Origin: the human T2T-CHM13v2.0 reference genome, Homo sapiens
DNA: 64,000 nt
Direction: 5' to 3' (one strand)
NCBI RefSeq assembly: GCF_009914755.1
Contig: NC_060925.1
A program made the position numbers and the translations under genes. Shown piece by piece: positions 54,411 to 64,000 of this stretch. The notes under the pieces were generated by a model that had not been told where the DNA came from, ran no database searches, and was given only the letters and a program-made list of their open reading frames with translations. Numbering within the stretch: the stretch's first letter is position 1; each line of letters begins with the position of its first letter.

Positions 54411-56857
54411 AGAAAGTCTCTCATCTTACATTGGGTATATTTGATGACCTATATCAATATGGAAAAGGTGTGTGGGATGTCTCAAATTGCACATAACAGC
54501 AATTCTGCTGCTAGTACTATTACTGTGCACCTATGGAAAAAGTAAATAATGACACAAGTTAATCTGAATTCCACAACTGAAGCATTTCTATTTTATAAAT
54601 CCTAACATTATATGCTTATTTAAGGAGTAAAATTGTCCTATTTAGTTAGTATATAAATAATGCACAGTGCACTTGAAGACTTCAGGACCACACAGACGTC
54701 TTTTGGTACTCAGAAAATGACAATTACAGCACCAGTTATTACTCCATCACCAGTCTTGCACCATTGATACTGACACTAGTTAGTACAAGAGACCAATATT
54801 CACTTGCATCTGAGAAAAATAAAAAGAGCTGCGAAGAGTTGTAGAGTCATAATAGGAGACTTTAGTAGATATAACTTAAAGAAGGATCTTAAAGAACATC
54901 AGGATAACCTCAGCAGAGATTATGAGTTCTGGTTAACACGCCAGGGGGTGTGCCACCAGCAACTGTAAAGCCATGGAAAAACGATAGGAGATATGTCATA
55001 TATTAGAACACATATGTCATGTATCGGAACAAGAAGGGCAGTGTCTTAGGTTCTCCACCCTGGAATAAGCAGAATGCAGGGGGACACCTGTCTGAACATT
55101 GAGACAAAGCTAGGTTTGTAAGAAAATCAGAAATCAAGATCAGCTAAGAGCATCAAACAAATAAGGTGGAGTGAAGATAGAGTGGTCATAGAGAAATTGT
55201 TCTTTGAAGGTCTTTGGACCCTGGCATGACTCAAGACTACCTGAACTTATACAACTTTCAGGGAGAAGGAGAAGCATGGGTCAGAGAGTCAACCTTTCTC
55301 TTAAAGGAACTATGTTCTTGGGGTATAAAAATTTAAGCCAGAATTTCCAGGGGAGAAGACAAACTAAAGCAGTCAGGCAGTGTTTTGTGGAAGCTATAAA
55401 ATGAGCTCCAAGTTCTGTGATGGGATGCCTGGGAGAATGATAATGCCACCAACAGTAGGAAAGGTAAACACAGAAGACAGCTGTTTCACTCGATTGTGGA
55501 AAAAGCAGAGTGCATGTCCTGGGTGAATGCATTTGTTCCTGTGATTTATAGTTTCACTCTTTCCTTGTTTTCTGCCTCTAGTTTGCAAACTTTCAGAGAC
55601 CACTGGTCCTTCCTAAAATTCTCCTTGTGAGACACAGCAAAACTGCCTTGTTGTGATGGTCCATAATTGTGCTTGGTTCATGAAAATAAGTTAATACAAC
55701 CAAATAAGTAAACCTGCATATTTGATTTGTCTATCTCAATAAAGAAATTGAGCTTAAAATGTACTAACTATACCAGTGGAAAAGATGGAAATTATTAAAA
55801 AATTTTTATCAAGATTAATTTCTAGAAATATTCTTTAGTCTTAAAAGTCATTTTATTTTCCTCCTCCCCAAACACTTTCTTTTTGCATTTACTTATTTAT
55901 TTATTCATCTATACATGCAGTAAACATGTATTCAATGCATCTGATGTACAGGGCACTGGGCTAGGTAGTGTGTCTTGTTTTTATTAACCTCTGGATCCCA
56001 ATTCAGGTTATAGTTTTATTACAAATAGATCACTTCTATATCACAGAAGATTGCTAGAAGGTTAATTTGCCCTTCAACAAACCAACAGCAAAATTCTCAT
56101 ATTTGCTACATTATTGAAACGGCCACATCATTCAGTGGAGATTGCATTGCAAGCCTATGAATCTGACACCACAATACAGTAGATTTAACAACAAGCTTAA
56201 ATAATACTGGAAAAGGGGGGAAAAGCTAGGTAAAAGAATTGTATTTCTGATAAACAAGTTTTTCAGATGCTTGATTCTGATATTTCTAGTGCAACAAGAC
56301 AAAAGATTGGTATGGTTTTTCTCTGCAAAATGATAGACCACAAGAAATACATTTTCATGGGTCACATTCATTTTTGAACAAAATTTGTTCTCATTCTCTC
56401 AAACTGGTATTCAGTGTATTTCAGGCTATAAAGGGATTTTCATCTGCCTTATCTTCTTGGCTTTTCCTGCTGTTTTTTAATTAAAGTTTAAAGAATTAAA
56501 TAAACCAGGGATGCCAGGGTTACACCAGAGAAAAGATCAGGCTGCCAAATCCACTGAGATGCAATGGGTTACAGGCTGATTTTGGAATTATCTTTCACAA
56601 TATTTTTTGTCCAGTTTAAAGACTAAACATTAATGTATCTAAAAACTAGACAGATTATAGAGATCAGAGTTCTAGGTCAGTCTCATGAAGTAAAATTATC
56701 TGGGAAAAGATGTGCTTTTAATAGCATTTTAAGGCTATTTTATGTATCATCCCTGTCGATTTTGGCTATTTGTGAATAAGAAAATTTCCAGTTTTTCATA
56801 AAGTTTGGTAATATTTAAATCCAATTAAAATGGCAGCTTTTGGAATTTAATCTAGTG

Positions 56858-56862
<5 letters not shown>

Positions 56863-56918
<56 letters not shown>
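56863..56918. repeat. Perfect (TA)28 microsatellite
   Basis: Read directly from the sequence. Confidence 0.98.
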
Positions 56919-56924
<6 letters not shown>

Positions 56925-58361
56925 ACTAAAATTCATGAAACATAATGTAGTTTCAGTTCAACTGAAAAGTAAAATACAAATAGCCCAAGGACAGAGCTTA
57001 ATGGAAGATGGGAGCGATCAGATGTGAAAAGAGGCAGCATCTCCCCAGGCTGGGACAGCAGCAGGGCATAGCCACCCTGACCCCTATGCCTGGGCCCTGC
57101 AGGCCCCTGCTTTGCCCCCTTTCAGATCTGCTAACCCTGTCTGCAGTCTGAAGGAGGTGGAGTTACAGGAAGATGTTTATGGAGATGGATTCTGGGCTGC
57201 TGCAGCCTCTGCAGGCCTTAGTTAAGAGCAGAAATGTACTCTTTGTAGATTTGCCATTTGCATGAATCATCTGGCTGTCCTGTGCCTTGGCAGTGACCCA
57301 GCACTGTGGCTGTGTGGGGCCAGGGCAGGTGTGTTGGGGAGGGGGCGGCGTCTACAGCCAGCACACAGGGAAGCTTTCTCAGTGGGAGAGGGTAGGAGGA
57401 GGAGATGAAATGAGAGAAGCTGATCAAAATAAACATTCCTGCTGCTGCCGTTTCCCACCCACCAAACCCCCAAAGTGGCCCATCTAGTCCTTGGTTGTTC
57501 CAATTAGCGACCCCACGATCACTTGCTTGTCCTTTTCAGAGAGTAAGAACAGATCTTCTTTGGATTTCCCCATCCCCCTTATTTTGAACCTCAGAAGCCA
57601 ACTGGTGACCATGGACAAGTCTCTTTTCCTCTCTTGCCCTCAGTTTCCCTAGATGCAAAGAAAATTGACTGGACTTAGTGTTCTCCAATCCCTGGGATTC
57701 TTGTTCTCCTGTTTCTATGGCCCCCTCCTTGGCCTATCCTTTTTGGTTGCTTGGGTGACCTCCTGTTTCAACCATTCCATGGCTACTTATTTCCCACAGA
57801 ACAATTCTGAAGCTTCTGGATGTGCTGCTCTAGGCTTTTCTGACCCCTTCAGCCTCAACTTTCACCATGCTATGTCCCCTCAGCCCCCCACTCAATACAG
57901 CTGGTGCAATTTTAACATGAAGAATGAAGACTCTATCTAGCTGGCATCCGTGCGTTGAAGACAGTATTCATGCTGACATGCTGACATCCAAGTCTTTCGC
58001 CTTCTTTGTTAGACTTGTATTTTTGGGAAGGTAGATCTGGGCCTGGTCCTCTCTATGTCCCTGACAGAAAGAAGAGAAGTGACAGGAAAACAGACACTTC
58101 CGTAAACATGATTTTTCTTCAAACACTGTATCCAATGATAATGATTCCTACAAAGCTAAAAAACATTTCCTGTCCCAAATTAAGGAGGGTCTGAGCAAGA
58201 GTTCAAAATTCTTCAAGCTACTGTGAGCTCTGGTCTTGAAGAAATAATGTTAAAAAGCAAAGACAAATAAACAGTATTAGTGAAGTCCAAAGCCACTATG
58301 GAAAGAATCCCTTTCCCCCTTTTACTCCCACTATGTTTTTAGAGATGGGCTATGATAGGAC

Positions 58362-58694
58362 TGCTGTAGATTGAGTGTTCAAATTCACATGTTGCAATCC
58401 TAACCCTCAAGGTGATGGTAATTAGGGGGTGGGGCCTTTGGGAAGTCATTAGGTCATGAGGGCTCCGCCTTCATGATAGGAATTAGTACCCTTATGAGAG
58501 AGGTTCCAGAGAGAGCTAGCCCCTTCTGCCACTGGAAGACACTGCAAGAAGACATCATATGTGAATCAGAAAGCAGGCCCTCACCATACACGAAACTTGG
58601 ATTTCTACGCTTTCAAAAACAGATTTCTGTTGTTTGTAACCCACTCAGTTTATAGCATTTTGTTATAACACTCTGAACAAAGTAAGACTAAGAG
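58362..58694 (+). mobile_element. MLT1A0/MSTD-like MaLR solo LTR
   Basis: aaattcacatgttgcaatcctaaccc...ggtggggcctttgggaagtcattaggtcatgaggg...gcattttgttataaca. Confidence 0.85.
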
Positions 58695-58745
58695 GATCAC
58701 TGAGATAACTTCTTATATGAGTATATGCAGATTTTTTTATCTCCT

Positions 58746-58846
58746 TATAGTAAAGAAGTAGTAGTAAAAGAAGTATAGTAGAAGTATAAGTATAGTAGAA
58801 GTAAAAGAAGTATAGTAGAAGCATAGTAGAAGTAGTAAAGAAGTAA
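58746..58846. repeat. Degenerate AGAAGTATAGT-type tandem repeat
   Basis: Repeated agaagta(tagt) modules with only one C in about 100 nt. Confidence 0.8.
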
Positions 58847-59429
58847 CTTCTAGAACTTCGATTTTCTCTCACTTTTCCCTGTATTTAAATTAAGAGATAC
58901 ACAATAATACATGTTTTAAACAAAAAACTTGTAAAGTGTTGAAAAGTTGCAGTTCCACAAGCTAATTGCAACTATTTCCATTTTAGGCACATTATTTTCT
59001 GTATTTGTCCACGCCTTTTATTGTTATAAGGGTAATGTACAGCATGTGATTATATTCTAAAGTTCACTTAATAGATTATTTTGAAACAAGAGAAAAAACA
59101 TTATAAGTTTTAAAGGCTATATAATATATGGCAATTTCATAAATAGTTTTTGAAATATTAAAAAATATTGGTTTTAGTAAAAGCTCTTCAGTTGAACAGG
59201 CATTTTGACTTATTTCAACACAAAATTTACATTTAAATTAATTAATGTATTTAAGCCTATTATATTTTTATAGGTTTAAAGGACTCCTTGCCTGTTTTTG
59301 GCATTATATTGTGGAAAGCTTATTTTTATTCTACACAAATCAGAATAATATCCTATTTATGTAATGATTTATAATTATAGACTGCTTTTGCATGCATTAT
59401 ATCAATTAAAAGAAAAAATACTATGAGTT

Positions 59430-59550
59430 AGGAAGAAAATGCATTATTGTTCCCACTGTATACATGAAGAAGCTGAAGATCAGAGAGGTTAAGACATTTG
59501 CTCTAATTGTCAGCATGTAACCTTTTGCTCTCACTTCCGGCTTCTAATAA
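59430..59550 (-). mobile_element. MIR fragment
   Basis: attattgttcccactgtatacatgaagaagctgaagatcagagaggttaag. Confidence 0.7.
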
Positions 59551-60524
59551 TTCCAGTAGAATGGGAAAAGTTACACTTGACATCCCATTACAATAACATA
59601 GAAAGTATGGAGATCTTTACATACCAAACTATGATCAATGGTTTCATCCAGGAAGTTATTTTGGACATGGGATGAAAAGAAGAGTGAGCTGTCTATTTTT
59701 ATTTTATTCATACTGTACTGTCAGCATCTTTTCAATAAATACTGCTCTTTACATAAAAGAATATTTAATTAAACTAATGTTTACCTACAGAAACTGCCAA
59801 AATAGCAGAGATCACTCTATCTACTGTCATCATAAACTTTGCTTTTCAGTGTATTTTTGGTCATTGGTGATGTTTCTAAAACTATACCATTATGCTTTAT
59901 GGAACACTTTTTACTAGAGTGTTCATAATTCAGCTAATAATAATTTATTGCACACTAACAATGCACACAAAAATGTTCTAGGTACCACTTAAGGCCACAG
60001 TGAGTTCATATATTTTTAATGGCTCTCAGAACTTCACATACAATAATATGAAGATTTTAATACATGACATGACTAACAAAATGAAAGTGCACTGACATCT
60101 CAGCATTATCCCATTGATTTTCTGGGAATGGCCACATAAGGAATTAAATTCCTTTCAGATTCAACATTATCTTAAAGCAACTCTTTCTATCTTGGGGATA
60201 GAAAAATAAAACAAAGATTATTAATGTTTATAGGCATTGTTACTTAATACCTATTGGATTTATAAAGAATAAAACATATTCACCTTCTCCTGTATTTCTG
60301 TAATGTCATATAAACACTCACGCATTTTGAAAAGTTTAGATTCATAAAATTGTTTTAATCAAAATGATGTATCTGTGTTTTAATAGGTGCATGAAGCACA
60401 CATTGAGAGGTAAGCAAGTTTTGTTTTATTTCCTCTCACTCTACTCCTTCTGTTCTTTATTCCTTATCTTGACATGGCATTTAATTAAAAACATCTGAGA
60501 TCCAAGAAGGTTCTCAGAGGCCTA

Positions 60525-60575
60525 ATTTCCTCATTTTGCAGGTGAGGAGACTGAGGGTTAGAGAGGTTAATTGGT
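60525..60575 (-). mobile_element. MIR core fragment
   Basis: cattttgcaggtgaggagactgagggttagagaggttaa. Confidence 0.7.
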
Positions 60576-61369
60576 ACCGTGGATTGTATGAGGATATTTC
60601 AACACTAATCACTATGGCTCTTTTTGTGTCTGTTTACCAAGAACTAAACGCAATGTTTCAGGTGCAGACAAGGAATTTTAGAGTTGAAAGTGTCATATAA
60701 TTTTTAAATAAGGCAGTCGAAACACAAATCAAGTTTTGTGGGAGCTGCATCGTTGTCACATATATTCAACTTTTAATTTGAGAAAATATTTTGGTCTCTT
60801 CATATGTGTTGTGTTTAACCTAAGTAGCCCTGACTCTGTTTGCGTGTACATGTGAACACGTTTGTATGTGAGAGTGAACATACAAAATGGTTGTGTTTCT
60901 AGCCTGATTGCAGTTGAGTTCAGAAAATCCTTATAAAAAGCGCTGTGCTATATATCAGAGATACAAAAGTAGATAGGACATGACTGATTACTACCCTCTA
61001 CATATGTACAACTTAGTGGTGGAGCCATATTACATAAGATAATTTAATATATATGTTGAATACTGCAATAGCTGTAACAAGAGAATCCATTTTAGTCTGA
61101 AGCAGTTTTTGATGGTGGTCAATTTATAACCCTTAAAAATTGATTTGATACACATGTGGGCTATTGATAGCTGAAAAGAGTCCAGGGCTGAAGAAAGTGG
61201 AGGGCAAAAGGAGTTATGTAAACATGATTCACACGGTTCAATAGGCACACACTGCTTGATGTTTGTGGCAAGCTACATGGGGTTCTGTATTGATAGGGTG
61301 TGAAGTTTGATTCAGAAAGTAATAAGGGAATAAAATTAAAGAACAAGGGAATAAAGAGGACTAGAGGCC

Positions 61370-62040
61370 CTGGACCTTTTTCTTTAGGCAGTGGCAGCCA
61401 CTGAAATGTTTTAAGCAAGAGAGTAAAGATGATCGATGTTCATTTTACATTCCCTTGTTAGAAGTTGGGAGAATGGGTTTGAGGGTATATGATTAATGGA
61501 ACAGGGAATCAATGAAGATCTTTGCCTCATTCCAAGAAATAGATAGTAGGGAAAGGAAGTGAAACAGTTTTAGTAGAAATGTAGGAACGGAAGGACCAAT
61601 ATATAGTTAGTTGGTAAAATCAGCAGGATTTGCTGATTATTAGCAAGAGTGTGGGAAGTATCAAGGCTCACCATCGGGTTTCTAATTGAACAAATGGTGA
61701 TGACAACATGAAATATGGACTAGAGGAATATGTGGCAAAGGAAGGATGATGAGGTTGTGAAGAGTTTAAAACAGATGCAAAGCTTAGAGGTACGACTTGA
61801 GTAACATCAGCATATATGAGAGCTTGAAATACTCCTGGGAAAGTCTGTAGAATGAGAACAAAGAAGGGGTTTTAAAAAAAGTACCTTGTAAAACACTAAC
61901 ACTGAAGGGCAGAAAAAGAGGACCTAACTGAGAAGCAAAATGTGCACTCGTCACTGAAATAGGAGAGAAGGCATCAGTGGGTAGCTTTAAGAAGTAGTCT
62001 ACAGTGGCAAATGCAGCAGAGAGGCCTAACGAGACAGGGG
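61370..62040 (-). mobile_element. L2 fragment
   Basis: ggcagtggcagccactgaaatgttttaagca...aaaatcagcaggatttgctgat...caaatgcagcagagagg. Confidence 0.65.
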
Positions 62041-62212
62041 TCTTTTCGCCTAGCCTTTTATAAAATTTGTACATTATTCTAAACTATCAGTATGGTTTGC
62101 GTTTCTTATTCTCTGATGAACGCATCGCATGAATTCACCAGGAAATTCTTCACTTATGAAAATACATAGCCAGTCAGGCCTGAGGAGAGTGAATGAAGCT
62201 GACCTTCCACAC

Positions 62213-62516
62213 CCACCAGCCATATGTCGATATTGAACACTTGGAGGGCAATTAGTCCATTTTGAGACAGGCTATCAGTATAAAATACATACTGGATTTC
62301 AGAAGCATTGTCTGAAAATGTAAAATATCTCATTAATAATTTTTATATTAATTACTAGTTCAGATCATATGTTGAATATACTGGGTTACATTAAATATGT
62401 TATTAAATTTAACTTCACTTGTTTGTTTTTACTTTTCTTAATGTGGCCACTAGAAGATGTAAAATTACCCATGTGGCTTGCATTTGTGGCTGACATTTCT
62501 ATTAGATGGTGGTACT
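62213..62516. mobile_element. MER33/MER3-like hAT-Charlie element
   Basis: gtataaaatacatactggatttc...aaaatatctcattaataat...taatgtggccactagaa. Confidence 0.8.
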
Positions 62517-62568
62517 CCAAGCTGTGCTTACTTCCCTTTGCTTATATTTTTCACAAAATCCAGGGTAG

Positions 62569-62917
<349 letters not shown>

Positions 62918-64000
62918 TAGTCTTTTATGCCAACTTCAACAGCCTCAATTCACAGTGATCCTCTGCTTTCCCAAATGCCTCTGATAAACTGATAATTAGA
63001 ACATGAGACACATGAGATATTTTGTTCTCTGTTGTTCTCTTCAGAACATCTTTTTGGTAAATAATATAGATAATTTTTGTTCTCTATTTTAATTTGTTAT
63101 ATTTTAGTTCTTGTTCTAGGCTACATACAAACATAGATACGTATTTTTATCTGTGATAATACAAACACCTTAATAATAAATCCATAGGTTGAAATGATAG
63201 AATCTGGTAAAGGCAACCTATTTCTGACTATCAGTGCTAAAATAAATCTAGGGCAGAACTTTCTAGTTAGCTCCTTACTTTAGTCATGCCCTGACTTGTG
63301 ACATTCTAATGATGAACAGTATTATCATCATTAGCTGTTCAAATATGGAATATATTTTTAAGCTGTATAATATTTAATAACGTTAACTAGATTGAATGTT
63401 TGAAATGTTCACCTAGTTTCATAGATCCTAAACATATATTACATCAGCAGAAAAATATACTGTTTTTATCATATACTTGGAGTATTTCTATCTCTGTGTT
63501 TGGAATACAAATGCATAATTTTTCTGTAAAAAACACCATGTATTCCGAAAATTTTGTACACGATGTATTTCACTGTCAAACTAACATGAATTTAATTATT
63601 GCTTTCAAATTATACTCAATCATTTATTCAACATTTGCTATCTGTCAATACATTATTCAGTATTTCCTTCACTAGGAAGACATTTCATTACCATAAATTA
63701 GTACTAATTATAAAATAATTACTCAAGAAAAAGCTATGCCAGGTGAAAGAATTAGCTGCTCCTTACTAGCCACTGCAATCATCTATTAAACCTACATTTA
63801 TGTATACTAGTCAATAATGAAATTTCAATTAAAAAATCATAACTTGTTTTTGGTGCAAATTTAAACCTGATCAAAATAATAAAAAGAATATATTTTTATT
63901 CTAAAGCTGGTTAGTAGCCAAAATTATTTCATCTACCTATTTATCATCTATCTACTTGATACTAAAACGAATTGACTCAGACTCATGTTTGTTAAACTAT

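Overview
Primate (human-like) nuclear DNA: AT-rich, CpG-poor, and intronic or intergenic in character. It is dense with interspersed repeats: about 11 Alu copies or fragments, old L1M and L2/MIR remnants, MaLR and ERVL solo LTRs, a truncated MER61-type ERV1 provirus and hAT DNA transposons (MER45, MER30, MER20, MER33, MER5). No protein-coding gene, RNA gene or CpG-island promoter can be identified with confidence; most ORFs in the track are repeat-derived or of chance length. Repeat subfamily names come from recalled consensus sequences and need RepeatMasker/Dfam confirmation. The most notable structure is a composite templated insertion at about 46535-46668. It joins a copy of 45591-45682 to a copy of 49038-49058 and is flanked by a 12-bp direct repeat. 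The join creates a T-rich/CAG splice acceptor in front of a 45-codon open frame, a stop codon and about 2 kb of repeat-poor 3'-UTR-like sequence, so it is a candidate de novo terminal exon built by template switching. Other small template-switch scars, a palindromic 33-bp minisatellite, a pre-miRNA-sized hairpin and several candidate non-coding exons or enhancers are also reported.
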